Below are positions 48,441 through 57,611 of a DNA stretch of 64,000 nucleotides, one piece after another. Both the position numbers and the translations under genes were made by a program. Position 1 is the stretch's first letter, and each line of letters begins with the position of its first letter. The notes beneath the pieces were generated by a model. That model was not told where the DNA came from. It was given only the letters and a program-made list of their open reading frames with translations, and made no database searches. The stretch is from an uncultured Candidatus Poseidoniales archaeon (GTDB lineage: Archaea > Thermoplasmatota > Poseidoniia > Poseidoniales > Poseidoniaceae), in the NCBI GenBank assembly GCA_964577145.1, contig CAZNXM010000002.1, positions 22,601 through 86,600 of the forward strand. The letters run 5' to 3'.

Positions 48441-48920
48441 ATGCAGAGCGACGATGATGCAGTAAGTCCGGTCATCGCAACCGTACTGCTGTTAGCCATC
48501 ACAGTATTGCTTTCTAGCATGGTTTTCGTAATGATGAGTTCTACATTAGGCGATGTGGAAAAGAAGGCACCAACCGCCAGTGTAAGCGTTAGGTCCCTGT
48601 CAAACGGCTATGATGTAATCACATTCTCATACCTAGACCAACAACTAGACCCAAGCAAAGTGGAATGGAAAATAGTCGATAGGTCAGATGGTCTAGAATT
48701 GGTTGATTCTGGAAATGTCAATGATCCAGATGTCTATGGAACAGTGGGTGCAAATGTTTCATTCCATGACCGAGATGCAGGTTGGGCAGTGTCTACTGGT
48801 GATTACTTTGTCATCAATTGTGCAACGCTTGGCTGCGATGATGGTAACCATTATTTTCAGATAATTGATTTGGAGCACCAAACCACACTTGTCGATGTTA
48901 GGATTCCAGTTGATGATTAA
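48441..48920 (+). CDS. archaeal type IV pilin-like protein (class III signal peptide, DUF1628-like N-terminus)
   Basis: The ORF track starts at 48369. The ATG at 48441 gives 'MQSDDDAVSPVIATVLLLAITVLLSSMVFVMM', the archaeal pilin/archaellin-type 'vSPVIg.vLliaItV' hydrophobic N-terminus. A beta-rich domain of about 120 aa follows. Confidence 0.7.
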   Translation: MQSDDDAVSPVIATVLLLAITVLLSSMVFVMMSSTLGDVEKKAPTASVSVRSLSNGYDVITFSYLDQQLDPSKVEWKIVDRSDGLELVDSGNVNDPDVYGTVGANVSFHDRDAGWAVSTGDYFVINCATLGCDDGNHYFQIIDLEHQTTLVDVRIPVDD

Positions 48921-49913
48921 TCAACCGCCGATGAAGGACATCTCGACCTTTTCCTTCTCAATCAAGCCACGTACTTCCGAGTATGCATCATCTCTACCAG
49001 TCCAGATAGTGCGAACCGCTTCTGCGATGTCATCACTTGTAGCATTCATCCTCAACATCGACTTGAGGTCATGGCCCTGTGATGAGAATAAGCATGTGTG
49101 CAAGGCGCCATCAGCACTGATTCTTGCACGACTACAATCGCTACAGAAAGGCTTGGAAATGCTCTCGATGAAACCGATTTCTTGTTGGTTGCGCAAATAA
49201 CGTTTGGCAACTTCTCCGACATGATTTGGTGGTAGAGGTGTTAACTCATCGAACATTTTTCGCATCTGTTCTCCAGTAATCACTTCTTCAAGATTCCAAT
49301 TATTGGTTTCACCTACATCCATGAATTCTATGAATCGGACGATTACATCACTTCCAATAAATCGGTCGGCGACCATATTGACTGAATGCTCGTTAAAACC
49401 CGCCCTTACAACGGTGTTTACTTTGACTTTCAATCCAGCCAGTCTCGCAGCTTCAATCCCTTTTAGGACAGTCTCTGGCTTTGCCATAGTATCACTCATA
49501 GTCTGGAATGTTTCAATATCGACTGCATCCAGTGAAACTGTAACTCTATCGAGTCCAGCATCTACTAATGCATTTACATTTTCTTCTAGCAGTAAGCCAT
49601 TTGTTGTCATGGCAATATCCAATTCACTTGGAAGCATTGCAATGAAGTCAAAGAGATCTTTTCGTAATAATGGCTCGCCACCGGTTAGGCGTATTTTCTC
49701 CAATCCCAGTGGGACAAGTGCTTCGACTATGAATGCCAATTCCTCGTAACTCAGAATTTCGGATTTGGGAAGAAATGCATGTTCTCCAGAGAAATGCTCT
49801 CTGGGCATACAATATGTGCAACGCATATTGCATCTATCGGTAAGAGAGATTCGTAAATCTCGTAGTGGTCGATGCCTACTATCTCTCACCATGAAGGGTG
49901 CTGGGGGGTACAT
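48921..49913 (-). CDS. moaA: GTP 3',8-cyclase (molybdenum cofactor biosynthesis protein A), radical SAM
   Basis: Carries 'LRISLTDRCNMRCTYCMP' (CxxxCxxC), 'IRLTGGEPLL' and the C-terminal 'CSDCSRARISADGALHTCLF'. The ORF-track start at 50054 would overlap the divergent aroA, so the probable start is 49913 or 49892. Confidence 0.85.
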   Translation of the reverse strand: MYPPAPFMVRDSRHRPLRDLRISLTDRCNMRCTYCMPREHFSGEHAFLPKSEILSYEELAFIVEALVPLGLEKIRLTGGEPLLRKDLFDFIAMLPSELDIAMTTNGLLLEENVNALVDAGLDRVTVSLDAVDIETFQTMSDTMAKPETVLKGIEAARLAGLKVKVNTVVRAGFNEHSVNMVADRFIGSDVIVRFIEFMDVGETNNWNLEEVITGEQMRKMFDELTPLPPNHVGEVAKRYLRNQQEIGFIESISKPFCSDCSRARISADGALHTCLFSSQGHDLKSMLRMNATSDDIAEAVRTIWTGRDDAYSEVRGLIEKEKVEMSFIGG

Positions 49914-49968
49914 CCCTTGAACGTCACGCTTGCAACCCTTGATGTGAACTAACGCTCTGGGCCTACTG

Positions 49969-51162
49969 ATGAAGGCCCTCAAGAAGTGGACTCCGGCCAT
50001 CGGTGTCAACAAAAAAGAGGTCTTGATTATCGAGGCTTCAAACCTTGTTGGCACAATGACATTGCCGCCATCAAAGAGTCATGCAATGCGTTGGCTCGTT
50101 CTTGCATCTATGGATTCCAATCCAACAAAAATAGAAATGTCTGAGATAGGCACCGATGTTCAATCTATGATTCGTTGTTTATCACAAATGGGGATTGCAT
50201 TTGAAGATGGAGTTTTGGCAGGTGGAAAATTGCAAAGGCCAAATTCAGTTCTCAACTGTGCCAATAGTGGGACTGCCTTCAGATTCTTATTGGGTCAAGC
50301 CGCTACTTGTGACTTCCCAGTAATGCTCGATGGTGACGATAGCCTTCGAGCAAGGAGTTCCTTACATCTGATAGAATCATTTGGAATTGAAGTCTCAATG
50401 GGCCATGGTTCTGAGGAAGTACCGGTGCTATTGAGGGGGCCTTTTTCTTCATCGGACCTCAGCATTGATGTTTCAACTTCTTCGCAATTTCATTCATCAC
50501 TATTGCTAATGGCGCCCAGAACAAAAGGCTTCAATTTGAAGACAATCGGCACTCCAGTATCCAGTCGCCATAGTGATTTAACTTGGAACTTATGTCAATT
50601 AACAGGTGCAATAGAGCCAGGTCAACCGTGGAAAGTAGAATGTCCTGATGTGGTAATTCCTTCTGATGCATCAATGATGGCATTTGCAATGCTGGCGGGT
50701 CTCGATGTATCAAACCGGCCAACGGCAGAGGATTCGATAGGGCACGAGGTATTATTCGAAGGTGGAGCGGTAATAGACCTCACCGATGCAAATGATTTGA
50801 TTTGTCCATTAGCTGCGATTCTAGCACTGCAAGAAGGGGGAACAATCACTGGAGCATCACACGCTTCATTGAAAGAGAGTGATCGTATTTTGCGTACTGT
50901 AGAATTGCTTGAGTGCTTCGGTTTGAAGGCCGAGGCTAGAAGAGATGGATTGGCAGTTGATGGGCATCAGATTCCTCGGCGACCAAAAGAAATCGTCGAG
51001 ACACATTCAGACCATCGTCTTCAGATGACTGCGGTATTACTTGCAGCCAAGACTGGTGGAGTAATCGATGGAGCAGGCCTCCACATGGTCGCTTGGCCAT
51101 CTTATCTCAGCCAACTGCAAGAATGCGGCCTCGATGTTTCAGTCGTTATGGTTCAGCCGTGA
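49969..51162 (+). CDS. aroA: 3-phosphoshikimate 1-carboxyvinyltransferase (EPSP synthase)
   Basis: Carries 'LPPSKSHAMRWLVLAS', 'NCANSGTAFRFLLG', 'LKESDRI' and 'THSDHRLQM'. Confidence 0.8.
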   Translation: MKALKKWTPAIGVNKKEVLIIEASNLVGTMTLPPSKSHAMRWLVLASMDSNPTKIEMSEIGTDVQSMIRCLSQMGIAFEDGVLAGGKLQRPNSVLNCANSGTAFRFLLGQAATCDFPVMLDGDDSLRARSSLHLIESFGIEVSMGHGSEEVPVLLRGPFSSSDLSIDVSTSSQFHSSLLLMAPRTKGFNLKTIGTPVSSRHSDLTWNLCQLTGAIEPGQPWKVECPDVVIPSDASMMAFAMLAGLDVSNRPTAEDSIGHEVLFEGGAVIDLTDANDLICPLAAILALQEGGTITGASHASLKESDRILRTVELLECFGLKAEARRDGLAVDGHQIPRRPKEIVETHSDHRLQMTAVLLAAKTGGVIDGAGLHMVAWPSYLSQLQECGLDVSVVMVQP

Positions 51163-53054
51163 CGACCAAAGTGCAAGTCGAGGGCATTCAAAGGTATACG
51201 CATTGCAGTAGGCCTGCCATGTACGCATGCCCAAGGATTTGGAATTCGGCGCATATCATCGAGCAAACGTCTCATCTCAGGAAGAGTCAGTTTCTCATTA
51301 GCCTTCACTGCTCCACGGCAGGAATTTAGGAATGCAAGATGGTCCTTTCTTTGTTCGATAGTTTCCAATGGTGCTCCATCCTCTGAAACATCGTGCAGTA
51401 AATCGTGGATGAATGGTTCTAGGTCATCGCCAGATAATAATGCAGGTGCACTATTGATTTTGAATCCTCCAGACGTTTCTTCGATAATGAAACCAAGTCC
51501 CTCGAATACATCGGTTGCAGCCTCTAATCTTGCACGCTGCCTCGCATCGAGGTTGAGGGTGATTGGAGCGATCCTCGATTGTGCTTCCCACTGACTTTCA
51601 TCATGGCGCAATCGCTCATATCTAACTCGCTCATGTAAGGCGTGTTGGTCTACTAGTAGCAATTCTTCTTCAGCTTGAACAAGGATGTATGAGTCAGCGA
51701 ATTGCGCAAGGGGTTCCATCGTTGGTAATTGGTTGATAATAGCACCAAGAGCCCCGCCCTCAAGTGGACTTTCTGCATCTATTCCAGCATGGCGATGCAA
51801 TTCCCTTTCGCCAATGGATAGAGCAGGAGCAGTTGGTGCTTCCAGAGTAATGGTTTTCTGGGTACTAGCAGCGCTGGAAATAGGTCGTGCCTTTTCGACT
51901 TTTTCAATCTCGGCTGCCTTGGCGCCAGATAATGATAATTGGGCAGTATTAGCCCATGCAGGTCGCTCAACATTTCTCTTCTCTTGTGGTGCTGGTGCTA
52001 ATGAGGTAATTCCGGTAATGCCCCCACTTGACTCAGGCTCGGTTGGTGTAGATTCCAATGTATGAGCAATCGCCCTTTCAAGACGCTCTAGAACGCGCCA
52101 GGAATGACGTAATCTAACCTCGCGTTTTGTGGGGTGAACATTGACATCAACTTCATTTGAAGGCAGTTCTAATAGAAGGACTGCAACTGGATGCCTACCT
52201 TGCATTAGCCTTGTTTTGTACCCTCTCCTAATAGCCTGAAGAAAGGGCTGAGATGCTACTGGTCTGCCATTGATCAACACATGGATATCATCGCCTTTAC
52301 CACGGGTAATATCCGGGGTACTAATCCATCCGTTCCAGCGTTCTTCTCCTGGGGCATCATCATCCGAAGGAGGATGTTTTAGCCCAATCATTCGTCCAGC
52401 CTGACTACCTAGAATGTCGTATAGACGGTCTTCCATATCATCTACAGCAGGTACTTCGAGAATGCAACGGTCATCACTCAATAACCTGAATGCAACCGAT
52501 GGATTAGAAATGGCATGGCTAACAACAACATCGACAACCTTGCTAGTTTCTGTTGCTGGCCGTCTTTGGAATGCAAGTCTTGCCGGTTGGTTTGCAAAGA
52601 TGTGTTTAACCTCAATTCTAGTACCTTCAGCCATTCCAACGGCTTCGATTTTACCCTTTGCTCCATCTTCCATTATTATTGAGCGTCCTTCTGAATCAGT
52701 AGGCCGACTGGAAATAGTTAGTTTGCTAACCATCCCGATACTAGCAAGAGCTTCTCCTCTAAATCCAAGTGTTCCGATTGAGGCAAGGTCTTCTTGTGAT
52801 GCAAGTTTGCTAGTAGCATGCCTGTCAAGAGCCAACGGTAGGTCCTCGGAATGGATACCTCCACCATCATCTGTTATTGCAATCAGATCAAACCCTCCCC
52901 GCTCGACCTCGATGGTGATGCGCCTTGAACCAGCATCGATTGAATTCTCAACCAATTCCTTCACAACTTGGGCTGGACGCTCAACAACTTCACCAGCAGC
53001 GATATGGCCAATTGTGTGCTCATCGAGCTGCTGGATTCTCGCAGTCTCTGACAT
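51153..53054 (-). CDS. mutL: DNA mismatch repair protein MutL (endonuclease-motif type)
   Basis: Carries the GHKL ATPase motifs 'IAAGEVVERPAQVVKELVENSIDAG', 'DDGGGI' and 'GFRGEAL'. The C-terminus has 'VDQHALHERVRYE' (DQHAx2Ex4E), 'SCRGAVKAN' and 'CVHGRPT'. Confidence 0.9.
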   Translation of the reverse strand: MSETARIQQLDEHTIGHIAAGEVVERPAQVVKELVENSIDAGSRRITIEVERGGFDLIAITDDGGGIHSEDLPLALDRHATSKLASQEDLASIGTLGFRGEALASIGMVSKLTISSRPTDSEGRSIIMEDGAKGKIEAVGMAEGTRIEVKHIFANQPARLAFQRRPATETSKVVDVVVSHAISNPSVAFRLLSDDRCILEVPAVDDMEDRLYDILGSQAGRMIGLKHPPSDDDAPGEERWNGWISTPDITRGKGDDIHVLINGRPVASQPFLQAIRRGYKTRLMQGRHPVAVLLLELPSNEVDVNVHPTKREVRLRHSWRVLERLERAIAHTLESTPTEPESSGGITGITSLAPAPQEKRNVERPAWANTAQLSLSGAKAAEIEKVEKARPISSAASTQKTITLEAPTAPALSIGERELHRHAGIDAESPLEGGALGAIINQLPTMEPLAQFADSYILVQAEEELLLVDQHALHERVRYERLRHDESQWEAQSRIAPITLNLDARQRARLEAATDVFEGLGFIIEETSGGFKINSAPALLSGDDLEPFIHDLLHDVSEDGAPLETIEQRKDHLAFLNSCRGAVKANEKLTLPEMRRLLDDMRRIPNPWACVHGRPTAMRIPLNALDLHFGRHG

Positions 53055-55672
53055 CAGTCATCCTCCATCATTTGCTTGAGTGAATAGAGGGCATCTTGCG
53101 CATCACGAGGGCTCATTGAATCGAGGTCGATTGCACCTAGTGCAACTCTGAGTGATTCGAGGACCGGGTCCTTTTCGATTCTAATTTTTGGCTGGGCCAA
53201 GAAACCCATCAGCGAAGATTGGCCATTTTCACGACCCTTAGGAGCGGCCCCCTCGCCGGCCTTCGCTCCACTTGCCTGTTGTTCAAGGAAGCCGAGTAAT
53301 TCTCCTGACCTCTCAACTACGTGGCGAGGAAGTCCTGCCAATGCAGCAACCTGTACTCCATAGGAATCATCACATGGACCATCGGCAACGGTATGGAGGA
53401 ATTTGAGAGTGCCCTCGAATTCAGCGACTTGCACATGGACATTTACTAGGCCAGGCGCATCATCTTGTAAACCGACTAATTGGTGGTAGTGAGTTGCGAA
53501 TAGAGCACGTGCCCCTATTCTTCTACACACATCCTCGGTCACAGACCATGCGATTGAGAGGCCATCGAAAGTGGAGGTCCCTCTTCCAATCTCATCCAAC
53601 AGGATTAGAGAATTCGAAGTTGCGCGCTTGAGAATGTGTGCTACTTCCATCATTTCCATCATGAAAGTTGAGCGACCACGACGGATGTCATCACTTGCGC
53701 CAACCCGTGTGAACACGCGGTCAACTAGGCCAACAGATGCAGATTCTGCTGGGACATAAGAACCGGCTTGTGCAAGAATAGATAGCAGAGCAGCACAACG
53801 AAGGTAAGTGGATTTTCCACCCATATTTGGCCCGGTGATTAGGAGGAATTTCCTCTTCTTGTCCAACTTGATATCATTTGGCACATAGCCGGGCTGTAAT
53901 TCGAGAACAGGGTGTCTAAGCCCTTTGGCAATCAACCTGTCATCTTCAAACATCGTGGGACGATTCCAACCACGGTTTCTTGCAACCTCTGCAAAGCATT
54001 GTAGTACATCGATACTTGCGACTTTACCAGAAATTTCTGCAAGTGTGCGCACATGGGTTTTGCAACGTTCTCTTAGGTCACGGAACATCTGATATTCCAT
54101 GTTATTTGCACGAGAATCAGCAGTAAGGAGTCTATCTTCCCATTCGGATAATTCATCGGTCACATAGCGATTACCATTTGTCATCTGTTGCTTGCGACGC
54201 CACTCTTCTGGTACTTTGGATTCATGGGTTTTTGTCACTTCGATGAACCAACCTATTTGGCGATTATAACGCACTTTGAGTGAAGGGATTTCCAATCTTG
54301 CTCTTTCTCTGGTCTCAAGGTCTTTGAACCACTGGTGTCCTGTTGCAGCAGCAGTTCGTAAATCATCCAGTGTTCCATCAACACCTTCGCGAATCAACCC
54401 GCCATCTCTCAAGGAAAGAGGCATCTCATCGTTTAGAGTTGCATGAATATCGATCCGCATCAATTCGAGGCTATCGATTGTACCGGCAAGTGATTCGAGA
54501 AGTGAATTACCAGTTTCAGTTGCCAATGACTTCAGTCTCGGCATTCTCTCAAGAGCGAGAGAGATTGCGACTAAGTCACGTCCTCCAGAACGATTGTAGG
54601 CTAATTGTGTGGCCAAGCGCTCCATATCTCTGAGTCCTTTGAGCATCTCCCTAATCTCGGCTAGGCGTCTTGAACCTCTAGCGAGTGTGGCTACTGCATC
54701 ATGCCTAGAACTGATGGCTTCGATATCTGCGAGTGGACGCAATAGCCATGTTTTGAGTGTACGCCGTCCCATTGCTGTTCGGCAAGAATCAATCGCTCCA
54801 AGCAGGCTTCCCTCCTTTTCTCCCGATAATGTATGAATCAACTCGAGGTTGCGCAAAGTGGTTTGGTCGAGAACCATATTTCCATCAGGGCGTAAAATGC
54901 AAACTTCACGCAGATTAACTTCGTTAACCCGATGCATAGATGCAAGATAGTCAGCAGCTAGTCCTGCTGCAGCCATGGCAAGAGGGGAATCGCCTAGGTC
55001 AATGTGGCCAAGGTCACTAACTTCAAGTACGGATTTTAGTGCAGCCTCTCCTCGTTTTTCACTCGAGGAATGCTGTGAAAGGGTGACACCATCCAATTGG
55101 GTTACCAACACTCGCAAGTCCTCTCTCTCGGCATCCTTTGGCGAGAATACCAACTCATTGGCATCGCTTCGTAGTAAATCATCCATCACTCGAGTCCATG
55201 CCTCATCACCGCAGTGTTCAACCGCCCATACTTGACCGGTAGAAGCGTCGAGAGTTGCAAGTCCAATCCCTTCTTTGCGAATTGTGATTGAAGCGAGCGT
55301 AGCAACATCATCGGTGCCTATCAGACTCTCTTCATAGAGTGAACCTGGAGTGTAAATCCGAGTTACTACTCTCTCGAGTAATTTGGCTCCTTCTCGAAGT
55401 TCCTCTTCTTGCTCAGCCACGCATACTTTGTGACCCGCTTGAAGCATCACTTTCAGGTTGTCTTCGAGAGCATGCCAAGGAAAACCAGCCATTGGAATTG
55501 GTTTATCCGCTTTCTTATCTCGACTTGTTAAGGCGAGTCCTAAGACTTCAGAAGAGACCACTGCGTCGTCATGAAACTGTTCATAGAAATCCCCCATACG
55601 GAAGAATAGAACCGAATCGGGATGAGCATCCTTGATGTCCGAGTATTGGTCCATCATCCCTCTTTTTGTCAT
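53054..55672 (-). CDS. mutS: DNA mismatch repair protein MutS (bacterial MutS1 type)
   Basis: The ORF-track start at 55816 overlaps the upstream gene. The ATG at 55672 gives 'MTKRGMMDQYSDIKDAHPDSVLFFRMGDFYE', a canonical MutS N-terminus with the Phe-x-Glu mismatch motif. It carries Walker A 'GPNMGGKSTYLR', 'LLDEIGRGTSTFDG' and 'FATHYH'. The stop overlaps the mutL start (TGATG). Confidence 0.9.
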   Translation of the reverse strand: MTKRGMMDQYSDIKDAHPDSVLFFRMGDFYEQFHDDAVVSSEVLGLALTSRDKKADKPIPMAGFPWHALEDNLKVMLQAGHKVCVAEQEEELREGAKLLERVVTRIYTPGSLYEESLIGTDDVATLASITIRKEGIGLATLDASTGQVWAVEHCGDEAWTRVMDDLLRSDANELVFSPKDAEREDLRVLVTQLDGVTLSQHSSSEKRGEAALKSVLEVSDLGHIDLGDSPLAMAAAGLAADYLASMHRVNEVNLREVCILRPDGNMVLDQTTLRNLELIHTLSGEKEGSLLGAIDSCRTAMGRRTLKTWLLRPLADIEAISSRHDAVATLARGSRRLAEIREMLKGLRDMERLATQLAYNRSGGRDLVAISLALERMPRLKSLATETGNSLLESLAGTIDSLELMRIDIHATLNDEMPLSLRDGGLIREGVDGTLDDLRTAAATGHQWFKDLETRERARLEIPSLKVRYNRQIGWFIEVTKTHESKVPEEWRRKQQMTNGNRYVTDELSEWEDRLLTADSRANNMEYQMFRDLRERCKTHVRTLAEISGKVASIDVLQCFAEVARNRGWNRPTMFEDDRLIAKGLRHPVLELQPGYVPNDIKLDKKRKFLLITGPNMGGKSTYLRCAALLSILAQAGSYVPAESASVGLVDRVFTRVGASDDIRRGRSTFMMEMMEVAHILKRATSNSLILLDEIGRGTSTFDGLSIAWSVTEDVCRRIGARALFATHYHQLVGLQDDAPGLVNVHVQVAEFEGTLKFLHTVADGPCDDSYGVQVAALAGLPRHVVERSGELLGFLEQQASGAKAGEGAAPKGRENGQSSLMGFLAQPKIRIEKDPVLESLRVALGAIDLDSMSPRDAQDALYSLKQMMEDD

Positions 55673-55778
55673 CACGGCCCACTCCTTGCTCACGCTGGGC
55701 TCTGTGCAGATTGCGGGGGGTTCGTAAAGAATGCCCTTAGTCCACTCCCCATTCCTACGGAATGGAATGTATTGGAAA

Positions 55779-56903
55779 TCAGAATACTTCGCCCTTGCGG
55801 ATGGCGTCGGCAACATTCCATCCCATCACACCAAGAATGAGTAAGGAAATCATGATGAAACCGAGATCCATAATCCCTCTCAAACTGGTGAATGCTAGTC
55901 TTGCATCAACATCGATTGTTATCGATTCGGATTCATCTAACCCGTTGACGCCATGAATTTCGATATGTGCTCCATTTGCAGATGAGTGAGTTGGAGTGAA
56001 TTGTAGTGGTTCAGGTAGTGACTCTATGTCCATTCCTGTTTCAGTTAGTACCGCTATTGTATTGGAACCACTATTTCCAAAAAACCACATGTCGTTATTC
56101 GAGTCAACAACTGCTGACATACTTGCAATATCTAGGTGTTTTATCTCATCTCCAGAAATAAGAACAGCATCGGTTTGTCCAGCAGCTATTATGCCGCCAT
56201 GGGTTGCTGCTAAGGTGTGAATTACCCCAGGTCCACCGAGATGAACGATGTCATAAACCGGTGCTGAAGTCGTTGCATCCCAAGTGATTGAAACCACTAA
56301 TTCGTAAAATGCGGAAGATGCAGGACTTGTCCCTTGCCAATTCGTTGGAGCACGCCATGACCCTGCTGCAAGCCACCCCTCATCTGTTGCAATAATTTCG
56401 GTCAATGACATATCATCATCATGGACCGAAATTTCTGAAATCGTTTCTCCGCCGAGAGAGCGCGCACTGAATGTAGTCGAAGTTCCATTTTCAACAATCA
56501 TCATCAATGCATATCCATTGATGGCCAAATCGATGACAGTTACTTCTTGTCCAATGATAAATGGCTTCCAATCATCACCATCAGCAGTAAAGAGCAATCC
56601 TTCTTGGCCACTGCAAAAGAAGGTGATGTCTGCTTGTGTTGTCACGCAGTTAGCATTATTTGCAGAAAGAACTTCACCCTGAAGGGAAATCCATCTACCA
56701 TCCTCGTCGTCATAGATGAATGCATCCTCGGTCGAATCAATAACAAGTCCTAAACCCCCTTGACTTGAACCAGAGGTTACACCTGACAATTCGCCCGACC
56801 AGTCTATCATTATGGCTCCTAAAATGATGAAAATAGCGAAGGCTCCAAAGGAAATCCATTGGTATTCAGATTCCTCCTCTAGGAAGTCCCGCCATCCTGC
56901 CAT
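55779..56903 (-). CDS. bitopic membrane protein with a beta-rich (propeller-like?) ectodomain, function unknown
   Basis: 374-aa ORF with an N-terminal TM (ISFGAFAIFIILGAIMI) and a C-terminal TM (LGFIMISLLILGVMGW). The central region is Gly/Ser/Thr/Asp-rich and repetitive, and looks beta-stranded. Confidence 0.35.
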   Translation of the reverse strand: MAGWRDFLEEESEYQWISFGAFAIFIILGAIMIDWSGELSGVTSGSSQGGLGLVIDSTEDAFIYDDEDGRWISLQGEVLSANNANCVTTQADITFFCSGQEGLLFTADGDDWKPFIIGQEVTVIDLAINGYALMMIVENGTSTTFSARSLGGETISEISVHDDDMSLTEIIATDEGWLAAGSWRAPTNWQGTSPASSAFYELVVSITWDATTSAPVYDIVHLGGPGVIHTLAATHGGIIAAGQTDAVLISGDEIKHLDIASMSAVVDSNNDMWFFGNSGSNTIAVLTETGMDIESLPEPLQFTPTHSSANGAHIEIHGVNGLDESESITIDVDARLAFTSLRGIMDLGFIMISLLILGVMGWNVADAIRKGEVF

Positions 56904-56936
56904 TGTTTGACTCAGTGCGGGTCTTATCTGTATTCT

Positions 56937-56951
56937 TTCCCCTTGGGGGAA
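56937..56951. other. GC-rich stem-loop followed by an A/T palindrome in the divergent region upstream of L10e
   Basis: ttcccc-ttg-ggggaa (56937-56951) is followed by gaag-tatatt-cttc (56949-56962), which contains a TATA-like element about 60 nt upstream of the ATG at 57018. Confidence 0.25.
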
Positions 56952-57017
56952 GTATATTCTTCATCGGTATGGTCAAATAGGGTCGGTTGGTCGCTCAGAC
57001 GCCCGGAGGTATCACGT

Positions 57018-57557
57018 ATGGCACGTAAGCCCGCAAAGATGTATCGTAGACTCAAGGGTCAAGCATTTACTCGACGCAAGTATATCGGTGGAGTTCCAAA
57101 CAACAGAATTCTCCAGTTCCACGTTGGAAACCGTGTTGCTGCCGAAACAGGTCAGTTCTTGATGGAGTTGAATCTCTTTGCTGATGAATCCTGTCAAATT
57201 CGTCACACTGCACTTGAGGCTGCACGTGTGATTTCAAATGCTACAATCAGAAATGCTGCCGGTGCACAAGGATACGCACTCCGCATCCATACTTTCCCAC
57301 ACCACGTCCTACGTGAGAATAAGCAGGCTACCGGTGCAGGTGCAGACCGTGTTTCACAAGGAATGCGCTGTGCATTTGGAAAGAATGTCGGTACTGCTGC
57401 ACGTGTAAAGCGTGGACAGCGTGTCATTTCGATCAAGTTCTCCCCGGAGCACTACCTCGTAGCTAAGGATGCACTCCGAAAGGCTTCGATGAAGTTCCCA
57501 ACCCCGTGCACAATTCGCCTAATTAGTGGCGCAGAGCACATTAAGGGACTTGTCTGA
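57018..57557 (+). CDS. rpl10e: 50S ribosomal protein L10e (uL16)
   Basis: The ORF track starts at 56907. The ATG at 57018 is preceded by ggaggt and gives 'MARKPAKMYRRLKGQAFTRRKYIGGVP', the canonical archaeal/eukaryal L10e N-terminus. Confidence 0.9.
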   Translation: MARKPAKMYRRLKGQAFTRRKYIGGVPNNRILQFHVGNRVAAETGQFLMELNLFADESCQIRHTALEAARVISNATIRNAAGAQGYALRIHTFPHHVLRENKQATGAGADRVSQGMRCAFGKNVGTAARVKRGQRVISIKFSPEHYLVAKDALRKASMKFPTPCTIRLISGAEHIKGLV

Positions 57558-57576
57558 TTTAGACTGCGTTGGCAAT

Positions 57577-57593
57577 CCCTTCTTGAGTAAGGG
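57577..57593 (+). terminator. stem-loop between L10e and the next gene, possible terminator
   Basis: ccctt-cttgagt-aaggg is a 5-bp stem lying 20 nt after the L10e stop. Confidence 0.2.
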
Positions 57594-57611
57594 CCGTTCT
57601 GTCCAATATAC

